Shown here in pieces: positions 9,410 to 18,056 of a stretch of DNA of 64,000 nucleotides. Numbering within the stretch: the first letter of the stretch is position 1; each line of letters begins with the position of its first letter. The notes under the pieces were generated by a model, which was not told where the DNA came from, made no database searches, and saw nothing but the letters and a program-made list of their open reading frames with translations. The DNA comes from Acidimicrobiia bacterium (GTDB lineage Bacteria; Actinomycetota; Acidimicrobiia; Spongiisociales; ZC4RG35). The stretch covers positions 37,558-101,557 of the forward strand of contig JBGTFH010000078.1 in NCBI GenBank assembly GCA_041747375.1. The letters run 5' to 3'. A program made the translations under genes and the position numbers.

Positions 9410-10203
9410 CCACGACAGCCCCTCCGGTGCTTGCCGTCCCGATCTCCGTTGCCGGGGTGACCAAGACGTTTGCCAGCAAACGGGGGCCGGTTGAGGCGCT
9501 GGAACGAATCGACTTGGCCATTTCCCCCGGCGAGTTTGTCTGTCTCGTCGGCCCCAGCGGCTGTGGCAAGTCGACTCTGCTCAAGATCATCGCCGGCCTG
9601 GTGGCGCCCTCCTCAGGCGAGGTGACGTTCGGATCCGGGCCAGATCCACGCACCGCCATGGTGTTTCAGGACCACGGGTTGTTCCCGTGGATGACGCTCC
9701 TGGACAATGTGGCATTCGGGCTGGAGGCTGCCGGGGTCGATAAGGAGGATCGTCGAGCGTCCGCCGGGTCCCTGCTCGACCAGCTCGGCCTCGCCGAGTT
9801 CGGGATGCGATTTCCCCACGAGCTGTCCGGTGGCATGCGCCAACGCGGTGCTATCGCTCGCGCTTTGCTCACCCGGCCACAGGTGCTGCTGATGGATGAG
9901 CCTTTCAGTGCACTCGATGCCCAATCGAAGCTCGTCCTTCAGGACGAGCTTCAACGCCTGTGGGGTGAGCACGGCCAGACAGTCGTGTACGTGACCCACG
10001 ACGTCGAAGAAGCGGTGATCCTCGGAGATCGGGTGGTAGTGCTTAGTGGCCGCCCCGGGCGAATCGTCAAAGACATTGCCGTCGACCGTCCCCGGCCAAG
10101 GGACCTTCGCGATAGAAGCAGCGAGGAGGTGAAGACGACGACGTGGACTATCTGGAAAGAGATCGAAGGCCAGGTGCGACGGAATCTGCACGTGCCGGGC
10201 TGA
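9406..10203 (+). CDS. ABC transporter ATP-binding protein (NitT/TauT family)
   Basis: Walker A GPSGCGKST, signature LSGGMRQR, Walker B LLMDEPFSALD. The start overlaps the stop of the SBP gene by 4 nt. Confidence 0.9.
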   Translation: MTTTAPPVLAVPISVAGVTKTFASKRGPVEALERIDLAISPGEFVCLVGPSGCGKSTLLKIIAGLVAPSSGEVTFGSGPDPRTAMVFQDHGLFPWMTLLDNVAFGLEAAGVDKEDRRASAGSLLDQLGLAEFGMRFPHELSGGMRQRGAIARALLTRPQVLLMDEPFSALDAQSKLVLQDELQRLWGEHGQTVVYVTHDVEEAVILGDRVVVLSGRPGRIVKDIAVDRPRPRDLRDRSSEEVKTTTWTIWKEIEGQVRRNLHVPG

Positions 10204-10991
10204 TCCCGGGTCAACCCGACGAGCCGAAGCGGGCGCTGCCCGCTTTTACGGCCCCTCTAGCCATCTTTGTCGCGATCCTCATCGCATGGCAGATCGCTGC
10301 CACGCGCGGTCTGATCGACTCCCTCCATTTCCCGGCGCCGACAACTATTGCTCAGGCGACCTGGAAAACACTGATGGACGGGACGTTGCTGTCCGATCTG
10401 GTGGCTACCGGCGGCCGTATCCTGTGGGCGGTTGCAATAGGCGGCGGCCTCGGGATGATTCTCGGTGTTGCCATGGGCATGTCCGCCCGATTGCGGGCGA
10501 TTCTCGATCCTTTTGTCGGGGCCCTGCATCCGCTCCCCAAGATCGCGATTCTCCCTCTGATGATGGTTGTCTTCGGAATCGGCGATCTGTCTCTGATTCT
10601 TATCATCGCCGCGGCTGCCTTCTTCCCGATGCTGATCAACACGATGGCCGGGGTCTCCCAGATCGACCCGATTCATATCGACGTGGCCCGTCTCCACCGT
10701 GCCCGGCGTCGGTTGGTATGGCGAAGAGTGCTGGTTCCTGCCGCGGCACCCTCAGTACTAGCCGGTCTCCGCCTCTCGCTGAACACGGCGCTGCTCGTCG
10801 CTATCGCCGTTGAGATGATTGCGGCCGACTCCGGTTTGGGAAACATGATCTGGATGTCGTGGACGACTTTCAGAATCGAGAACATCTACGTCGCGGTCTT
10901 TGCCACGATTGGCTTCGGCCTCGGCGTCAATCTCTTGATCACCGCCATTACCCGCGTTTGGGTGCCCTGGCAAAGGGAGCGAGCACAATGA
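10143..10991 (+). CDS. ABC transporter permease (NitT/TauT family)
   Basis: Multi-TM ORF of BPD-transport type. The only in-frame start candidate is GTG 10143, which overlaps the ATPase gene by 61 nt. The start is therefore uncertain. Confidence 0.75.
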   Translation: MDYLERDRRPGATESARAGLIPGQPDEPKRALPAFTAPLAIFVAILIAWQIAATRGLIDSLHFPAPTTIAQATWKTLMDGTLLSDLVATGGRILWAVAIGGGLGMILGVAMGMSARLRAILDPFVGALHPLPKIAILPLMMVVFGIGDLSLILIIAAAAFFPMLINTMAGVSQIDPIHIDVARLHRARRRLVWRRVLVPAAAPSVLAGLRLSLNTALLVAIAVEMIAADSGLGNMIWMSWTTFRIENIYVAVFATIGFGLGVNLLITAITRVWVPWQRERAQ

Positions 10992-11001
10992 AGAACAACA
11001 C

Positions 11002-12909
11002 ATGGTGACATCCCAGATTCGACTCGCTACGGAAAGCAATCTGCCGCCCGAACTGCAATGGACCGACGCCGACCTGGATGGGACAGTGACGGATCGGCTG
11101 TTCAAGGTGGCCGCCGCCACACCTGATGCACCCGCTTTGGGGGGTCTCGACGGGACTCGGATGACGTTCGCGGACCTACGATTCGCGGCCATCACCATGG
11201 CTGAGGAGATCGTCGAGCGGATCGGGCCCGGGCCTGGCCGGGTTGCGACTTATGTCGACCCAAATCCTGGCGCAATCGTGGCCATATTCGGAATCCTCGC
11301 CGCCGGCAAGACGTATGTTCCCGTCGATCCCGGTGATCCATCGGCGCGCGCCAGGGCAAAACTGGAGCACTCGGGCTCAGAGCTCCTCATCGCACCTCGG
11401 GCGCTGAGTTCTCCGGCGCTCGAACTCATCGACCGCAGCCGGATCGTGCAACGGGAAACCCGTGTCACCACGAATTCGCTCACCGCTCCCGAGTTGGTGG
11501 AGCCTGACGGACTTTTCAATCTGGTTTACACATCGGGTTCGACCGGAATGCCGAAGGGGGTGCTGCAAAGCCACCGCAACGTTCTCTTTGAGACCCGCAC
11601 CGGAGCCCTCGACATGGGCACACGTCCCACCGAGAGATTCGGTCTTGTGATGCCGCTGACATTCGGCGCCTCCGTGTCCGATTTCCTCGGCTCACTGCTC
11701 AACGGAGCCTCACTCCATATGTTCGACCTGCGTCGCCGGGGCTCAGCCGCGTTGGCTGAATGGATGGATGACGAAAGTATCAATGCATCACATATGGTCC
11801 CCACCGTGTTCCGACGCTGGATGGCCGAACTCGAACCAGGGCGGCGTTATCCCGAGATGCGAGCGATAAAGCTCGGGGGCGAGCCGGTGTTCCACACCGA
11901 CGTCGCCGCATTCCAGAGACACTTCGGACCCGAATGTGTCCTCCGCAACGGTCTCGGGACCACAGAGACGTATCTCATCACCGCACTGATGATTGGTACC
12001 GACGACAACGTTGCCGATGGGATCGTTCCTGTCGGGTATGCCGTTGACGGCAAGTCGGTGAAGATATTCGACGACGCCGGCGAGCCAGTTCCCGATGGCA
12101 ATATCGGAAACATCACCGTGATCGGTGACTATCTCTCACCGGGTTACTGGCAGGACGAGGAGACCACCGCCCGCAAATATGGAGTCGATGCGGCATCCGG
12201 GACCCGCACCTACCAACCGGGAGATGTCGGAAGGATCCGCCCTGACGGCATGCTGGAACATCTCGGGCGTAGCGACGACGTGGTGAAGATCAACGGCAGC
12301 CGTGTCGAAGTGGGAGAAGTAGAGGCCGCCCTCCTCGAGCAACCGACGATTGCCGAAGCGGCGGTTGTGGCCCAACCCACACCGGACGGTTCGCTACGAC
12401 TCGTCGGCTACATCGTCGGTTCCGGAGAGACGGTGAACCATGCCACCCTGCGAGCCAATCTCGCTGATCAGATGCCACCACACATGGTCCCGTCAGTGTT
12501 CGTCGAGATGGATGCTCTTCCGGTGCTCTCATTCGGCAAGATCGATCGGAGGGCGCTGCCACTGCCTGACGGTCGGCGCCCCGAACTCGGGATCCCTTAC
12601 AAGGCCCCGTCAAACGACGCCGAACAGGTCATCGCAGCTCACGCCGCCGCGATCCTCCGCATCGAGCAGGTCGGTGTCGATGACGACCTCTTTTCACTCG
12701 GCATGGACTCCCTACTCGCAACCCGTCTCGTTGCCCTTACCGGCCAGTCGCTCGGACTCAACCTGACCGTGGATGTCATCCTCGACAACCCCAGCGTGGG
12801 CGGTCTTGCGGTTCAGGCCGCCGCAGCTGAACCCGACGACGTAGAAACCGACCTTGCCGCGATGGTGGCCGAACTCGAATCCTCCGAGCAGTCCGTACCC
12901 CAGTCTTAA
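11002..12909 (+). CDS. stand-alone adenylation-carrier protein (A-T) didomain, putative NRPS loading module
   Basis: A motifs LVYTSGSTGMPKGV, GLGTTET, YQPGDVGR and KINGSRVE. Carrier motif LFSLGMDSLLATRL. There is no C domain. Confidence 0.9.
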   Translation: MVTSQIRLATESNLPPELQWTDADLDGTVTDRLFKVAAATPDAPALGGLDGTRMTFADLRFAAITMAEEIVERIGPGPGRVATYVDPNPGAIVAIFGILAAGKTYVPVDPGDPSARARAKLEHSGSELLIAPRALSSPALELIDRSRIVQRETRVTTNSLTAPELVEPDGLFNLVYTSGSTGMPKGVLQSHRNVLFETRTGALDMGTRPTERFGLVMPLTFGASVSDFLGSLLNGASLHMFDLRRRGSAALAEWMDDESINASHMVPTVFRRWMAELEPGRRYPEMRAIKLGGEPVFHTDVAAFQRHFGPECVLRNGLGTTETYLITALMIGTDDNVADGIVPVGYAVDGKSVKIFDDAGEPVPDGNIGNITVIGDYLSPGYWQDEETTARKYGVDAASGTRTYQPGDVGRIRPDGMLEHLGRSDDVVKINGSRVEVGEVEAALLEQPTIAEAAVVAQPTPDGSLRLVGYIVGSGETVNHATLRANLADQMPPHMVPSVFVEMDALPVLSFGKIDRRALPLPDGRRPELGIPYKAPSNDAEQVIAAHAAAILRIEQVGVDDDLFSLGMDSLLATRLVALTGQSLGLNLTVDVILDNPSVGGLAVQAAAAEPDDVETDLAAMVAELESSEQSVPQS

Positions 12910-12919
12910 GGGGCCGACC

Positions 12920-15900
12920 ATGACGCCTGACGCCTCTCTCGTCGACAGGATCACCCGTCTTTCCCCGGAGAAGCGGCTTCTCCTTGAGCAACGCCTGACA
13001 TCGGTGATCACTCCGGTGGAAGGTCCGGTCGCCCATGGCGATGTCGATATCGCACCAACGTCATACGCCCAACGCAGTCAATGGTTCGTCAATCAACTCG
13101 ATCTCGACAATCCGTTTTTCAACAAAACCGACGCGGTGCGTATCAGTGGTCCTCTGGATGTCGATGCTCTTCGCCGGGCGGTCTCGGCGCTGGTCGCCCG
13201 TCATGCCTCCCTGCGAACCGGGTTTCGACTGACCGAAGACGGCCCGGTGCAGGTGGTACATCCGGCCGCACCGATCGATGTGCCCATCCTCGACCTTCCC
13301 TCCGGTCTGCACCAGGTCGCCGAACTGCAACGTCATCTGGCCGCCGAGCAGCGTCAGCCGTTCGACCTCGAGAACGGTCCGATGTACCGGGCGCATCTGA
13401 TCCGTCTCAGTGCCGACGACTATGTGCTGGCACGGACCAATCACCACATCGCGTTCGATCGTTGGTCATCGGCCATCGCCAACGCAGAGTTGTCGGAGCT
13501 CTACTCGCTCTACTCGTCGGGTGAAGGGCGGGATCTGGAGCCGCTCCCCTACCAGTACACCGACTACGCCCTGTGGCAGCGGAGTCACCTGGACGAAGAG
13601 GCACTTTCCAAACATCTCGAGTTCGCTGCAGCGCACCTCGCCGGGGTGCCTCAGATCCTCGACCTTCCCATCGACCATCCCCGGCCAACAACCCAGAGTC
13701 ATCGCGGGGCGTCATATCACGTGTCGCTCGACCGGAACCTGGTCCAAAAGGTTCGTGAGACCGCCAGGGCAGTTGGAGCCACACCATTCATGGTCTGTCT
13801 TGCAGGCTTCGGAGTGCTTGTCGGACGGTACGCGCGCACCGATCAATTCTTGTTAGGTGTCCCCGCGGCCGGCAGGAACGCCGAGGCGTCGGATAGGTTG
13901 ATCGGGCTGTTCATAAACTCGATGGTCATCCGGCTCGACTTGCGGGGCGACCCGACCTTCGCCGAGCTGGTGGCAAGGGTGCGAACCGCTGCTCTGGGGG
14001 CCATGAGCCACCAGGAACTCCCCTTCGAGATCCTTGTGGAGAATCTGGCGAGGGAAAGGGTCCCCGGGCGGACACCGGTGTTCCAGGTGATGCTCGACTA
14101 CGTCAATACGCCAGCGGCGGCTCTCAAATTGGGTTCGCTCGATCTCGAGCCCGTCCCCATCGCCGACGAGGCATCCGTCTACGACATCAATCTCTACTTG
14201 TACGACGACGCGACAGACATCAGGGCCAAGTGGGAATACCGGAGCGACCTATTCGACCGTCCCAGCATCGTACGGATGTCGGAGGCACTTTCCGCGATCC
14301 TCGGGGCCGCAGTGACGGACACAACCCAACCCCTGAGCAGGCTGCCGCTGGTTTCTCCGTCAGACGCAAACCGGATCAACGCCCTCGGTGTGGGCCCAGC
14401 TACCGGAACACCTGTCATCGGGTCGTTTCTGGCGAGGATCGAGGACAATGCCCGGGAACGGCCGGATGCCATCGCGGTGGTGTCCGGGGACACCGTGATC
14501 TCGTATCGCCAAATCTGGGACCAGACGATCAGGGTTAGCCGACGCATCGAATCGGCCTGCGCTCCCGATGCCCGCGTGGCGCTGGTCACGGGAAGGTCCG
14601 CCCAACTAGTCCCGGCGTTGCTCGGGACTCTCCACTCGGGTCGTACCGTGGTCATGGTCGACACCGTCCAGCCTGAACACCGACTGGCCGCTATGTTCGA
14701 CCAGGTCAAAATCGGCGCAATCATTTCGGGCGGAGACTCCACAATGGCCGATTCGATGCCCGGTGTACCCGACATCGAGCAGATGCCTGATGGGGAGGGG
14801 CCACCCGAAGCGATGCGCGCGCACGACACACAAGCCGCCGCATACGTCGTGTTCACTTCGGGTTCGACCGGGGCCCCCCGGGCGGTTGCCATTGGCCGCG
14901 GTGCACTGGAAAACTTCGTCGATGACTCGTGGCAAAGATATCGGCCCGCGCCTGGCGACAGGGTGCTCCAGTTTGCGTCTCCAGGATTCGATACGCTCAT
15001 CGAAGAGGTTCTTCCAACCCTCGTGGGTGGCGCCACTCTGGTTATGCGCCCGTCGGAACTTTTCTCCACCTTTGCCGGGTTCACCAAGTTTGTGGCTGAA
15101 AATGCCATCACCATCCTCGATCTTCCAACGGCCTGGTGGCACGCATGGGTCGACGACATGATCCGAACAGGTGCCGCTTCGGTCCCCGAGTGTGTGCGTC
15201 TGGTGATCATCGGCGGTGAGGCGGCGAGCAGCGATCGCTGGCGGGCGTGGCAACGCATCGCCGGGCGGATTCGTCTGGTGAACACTTACGGCCCCTCGGA
15301 GTCGACTGTGGTAGTCGCTACATTCGAGCCTCCCCGTGACTGGTCGCCGACCACACCCCTGATTCCGATCGGGAGGCCGATCCAAAACACCCGGCTGCTC
15401 GTTGTCGCTGAAAACGGGAGCGAGGTGCCGCCGGGTGTCCCCGGAGAGCTGGTCGTCGCCGGGGCCCCCGTCGGGGATGGCTACCTCGAAGACGACGGGC
15501 GGAATTCGAGTTTCGAGCAGACGGACAGCGGAAAGCGCTACCACACCGGCGACCTGGCCAGGATGTCGGTCGACGGTTCGTTTGAGTTCTTGGGACGAAT
15601 CGATGATCAGTTCAAGGTCAATGGCGTTCGAATCGAGCCGGGCGAGATCGAAGCGGCGCTGGCGGGTCACCAGTCGGTCGACGAGGCTGTGGTTCTCGAG
15701 GTCGACGCCGACGGTCAGCGGGAAATCGTCGGCCATCTGGTCGCTTCGTCCCCGATAGACGATGCCGCGCTCAGGGATTATCTACGCCACCGGTTGCCCG
15801 CGGCGATGGTGCCGGGCCGTTTTCAATTCCACACCACAATCCCGACGACACCTTCCGGCAAGGTCGACAGGGCAGGCATGCGCTCGATGTCCATCGAAAC

Positions 15901-16201
15901 AGGTGCCGGAGTGCCGGAGAAAAAGACAGATCGCCCTCCCACCCCGACCGAGCGTCGCATCAGCAGGATCTGGAACTCAGTGTTGCCCCGGTCGGTGATC
16001 GACCTCGACGCCGACTTCTTTGCCGTCGGTGGGCACTCACTCCTCGGGGTCCGGCTGATCTCGCATGCCGCTGACGAGTTCGCCGTTGCCCTCCCCCTCC
16101 GGATGATCTATGAGGCTCCCACCATCGCCGCCATGGCAGCCTGGATCGATCGTGAGCTCGAAGCGACGGTCTCCGGAGTCGAGACGGTCCATGCCCGATA
16201 G
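12920..16201 (+). CDS. non-ribosomal peptide synthetase, elongation module C-A-T
   Basis: ATG 12920 is preceded by AAGGGG; I prefer it over the 12854 extension, which overlaps the upstream gene. C domain: HHIAFDRWS. A domain: YVVFTSGSTGAPRA, FDTLIEE, YGPSEST, YHTGDL, KVNGVRIE. Carrier: FFAVGGHSLLGV. Confidence 0.92.
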   Translation: MTPDASLVDRITRLSPEKRLLLEQRLTSVITPVEGPVAHGDVDIAPTSYAQRSQWFVNQLDLDNPFFNKTDAVRISGPLDVDALRRAVSALVARHASLRTGFRLTEDGPVQVVHPAAPIDVPILDLPSGLHQVAELQRHLAAEQRQPFDLENGPMYRAHLIRLSADDYVLARTNHHIAFDRWSSAIANAELSELYSLYSSGEGRDLEPLPYQYTDYALWQRSHLDEEALSKHLEFAAAHLAGVPQILDLPIDHPRPTTQSHRGASYHVSLDRNLVQKVRETARAVGATPFMVCLAGFGVLVGRYARTDQFLLGVPAAGRNAEASDRLIGLFINSMVIRLDLRGDPTFAELVARVRTAALGAMSHQELPFEILVENLARERVPGRTPVFQVMLDYVNTPAAALKLGSLDLEPVPIADEASVYDINLYLYDDATDIRAKWEYRSDLFDRPSIVRMSEALSAILGAAVTDTTQPLSRLPLVSPSDANRINALGVGPATGTPVIGSFLARIEDNARERPDAIAVVSGDTVISYRQIWDQTIRVSRRIESACAPDARVALVTGRSAQLVPALLGTLHSGRTVVMVDTVQPEHRLAAMFDQVKIGAIISGGDSTMADSMPGVPDIEQMPDGEGPPEAMRAHDTQAAAYVVFTSGSTGAPRAVAIGRGALENFVDDSWQRYRPAPGDRVLQFASPGFDTLIEEVLPTLVGGATLVMRPSELFSTFAGFTKFVAENAITILDLPTAWWHAWVDDMIRTGAASVPECVRLVIIGGEAASSDRWRAWQRIAGRIRLVNTYGPSESTVVVATFEPPRDWSPTTPLIPIGRPIQNTRLLVVAENGSEVPPGVPGELVVAGAPVGDGYLEDDGRNSSFEQTDSGKRYHTGDLARMSVDGSFEFLGRIDDQFKVNGVRIEPGEIEAALAGHQSVDEAVVLEVDADGQREIVGHLVASSPIDDAALRDYLRHRLPAAMVPGRFQFHTTIPTTPSGKVDRAGMRSMSIETGAGVPEKKTDRPPTPTERRISRIWNSVLPRSVIDLDADFFAVGGHSLLGVRLISHAADEFAVALPLRMIYEAPTIAAMAAWIDRELEATVSGVETVHAR

Positions 16202-18056
16202 CCGACCGAAGAGTCTGCGCACCAAGGCCGTCCTGGCAGATCTCGAAGTCCTTGTCGAACCAGGGGAACGATGGCGATGGGTGGTCCTCGTCGTCCTTGC
16301 TGTGGTCGGGGCCGGTATCGAGGCCGTCGGAGCACTGCTGATCTTCTACGTGACCAGCTGGCTCGTTGGTGCCGACTCCGCTGACGTCCTGGGCGGGATC
16401 CTTCCCCAACCCGGCGCCGAGGGAATACCAGCCGAAGTCATCGCCCTGATCGCGATCTTCTTCATGGTGCGGGGTGGCTTTCTCCTGCTCCTCACCTGGT
16501 TCCAGTCCCGGGCGGTGTATCTCACCGCAGCCGGGATATCCGATCGACTGTTCCGGCGCTACCTGACCGCCCCATACCAGGTCTATCTGACCAGGAATTC
16601 CACCGAGTTGATGCGCAACGCCCTCAGCTCTGTGGAGGGTGTCGCCACCCGGTTCCTGACACCTCTGGTCTCCGTGGTCACCGAGGCGATTGTGGTCGTG
16701 GTACTCATGGTGGTGCTCGCAATCACCGCTCCGTTGGCGACTTTGCTCGTTGCGGCGGTCCTGGGTATTGCATCGATTGTCGTGATGCGGCTGGTTCGCA
16801 CCAGGCTGAGGCGGTACGGAAAACAGGCGGAACGGGCGACGCAGACGAGCCTCGCCACCATCCAGCAGAGCTTCAACGAATCCCGGTCGATCCGCATCCT
16901 GGGAAGAGAGCGATACTTTGCCGACGCCTTCAGCGTCGACCGGCTCGAATTCGCCGAGTCGCGGCTTTCGCTGGCAGTGTTCTCCAAGATCCCCCGTGTC
17001 GCGATCGAGACACTGGTGTTCCTGTTACTGGTCGGTTTCCTCAGTTTCATCTCCACCGCCGATCCGGTGGGGTCAATCGGGGTCTTCGGCCTCTTCGGAT
17101 ACGCAGCACTGCGGATCATGCCCGGGTTGAACGCCGTCGTCAGCGGTCTCAACCTCATCCGATACGGTCAGGCGTCCCTCGACAACGTCATGGGCGATCT
17201 AGCCGACGCAGGCCAGAGTCCACCTGAACTCGACACGTCGGCCGCACCCACGGCAAGACTTCAATGGTCGGAGTTGGTCTTCGACGATGTGTCGTTCACT
17301 TACGGGGAAAAGGCGCCACCGGCATTGGTCAACGCCGACCTGGTCATCAGACGCAATGAGATCCTCGGATTGGTCGGTCATACAGGCTCCGGAAAATCGA
17401 CGTTGATCGACCTGATGTTGGGCCTGCTCGAACCATCCCATGGTCATATCCAGATCGACGGTCGGCAGCTTTCCGACGTCAAGAGAGCCTGGCAGTCGAA
17501 TCTCGGCCTGGTTCCCCAGGACATATTCCTGCTCGACGACTCGATACTGAAAAACGTCGCCTTCGGCATCCCCGAAAATGAGATCGACCGGGAACGTGTC
17601 GAGGAGTGTCTCCGAATTGCACAGCTGGCGGAGTTCGTCGCCAACAGCACACAGGGCGTCGAGACGCGGATCGGGGAGCGCGGCACTTCGATCTCCGGTG
17701 GGGAACGGCAACGGATCGCCATCGCCAGGGCACTCTATGCATCGCCCACGCTTCTGATACTGGACGAAGGAACCTCGGCGATCGACACAATGACCGAGCT
17801 CAACCTGGTCAACGAGCTGAAGAGCTCTGCAGTCATCGATACGGTCATCGTGGTCTCGCATCGTCTGTCCAGCCTTCGAATCTGCGACTCGATTGCCATC
17901 ATGGACCACGGCAGGATCGTAGAGACCGGCCGGTATGAGACACTCATGGAAACCAGTGAAATCCTGTCCGACCTGAGCCGGGCTTCCCATGCGGGGTTGA
18001 TCGGGGAAGGTGATGCACCGGAGGCAGATTCACGGCGTCTACCGTCGGACCGGTGA
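16191..18056 (+). CDS. ABC exporter, fused permease/ATPase
   Basis: N-terminal six-TM-like region followed by an NBD (GHTGSGKST, ISGGERQR, LILDEGTSAID). I chose ATG 16191, which overlaps the NRPS stop codon by 11 nt; the ORF extends back to 16110. Confidence 0.88.
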   Translation: MPDSRPKSLRTKAVLADLEVLVEPGERWRWVVLVVLAVVGAGIEAVGALLIFYVTSWLVGADSADVLGGILPQPGAEGIPAEVIALIAIFFMVRGGFLLLLTWFQSRAVYLTAAGISDRLFRRYLTAPYQVYLTRNSTELMRNALSSVEGVATRFLTPLVSVVTEAIVVVVLMVVLAITAPLATLLVAAVLGIASIVVMRLVRTRLRRYGKQAERATQTSLATIQQSFNESRSIRILGRERYFADAFSVDRLEFAESRLSLAVFSKIPRVAIETLVFLLLVGFLSFISTADPVGSIGVFGLFGYAALRIMPGLNAVVSGLNLIRYGQASLDNVMGDLADAGQSPPELDTSAAPTARLQWSELVFDDVSFTYGEKAPPALVNADLVIRRNEILGLVGHTGSGKSTLIDLMLGLLEPSHGHIQIDGRQLSDVKRAWQSNLGLVPQDIFLLDDSILKNVAFGIPENEIDRERVEECLRIAQLAEFVANSTQGVETRIGERGTSISGGERQRIAIARALYASPTLLILDEGTSAIDTMTELNLVNELKSSAVIDTVIVVSHRLSSLRICDSIAIMDHGRIVETGRYETLMETSEILSDLSRASHAGLIGEGDAPEADSRRLPSDR

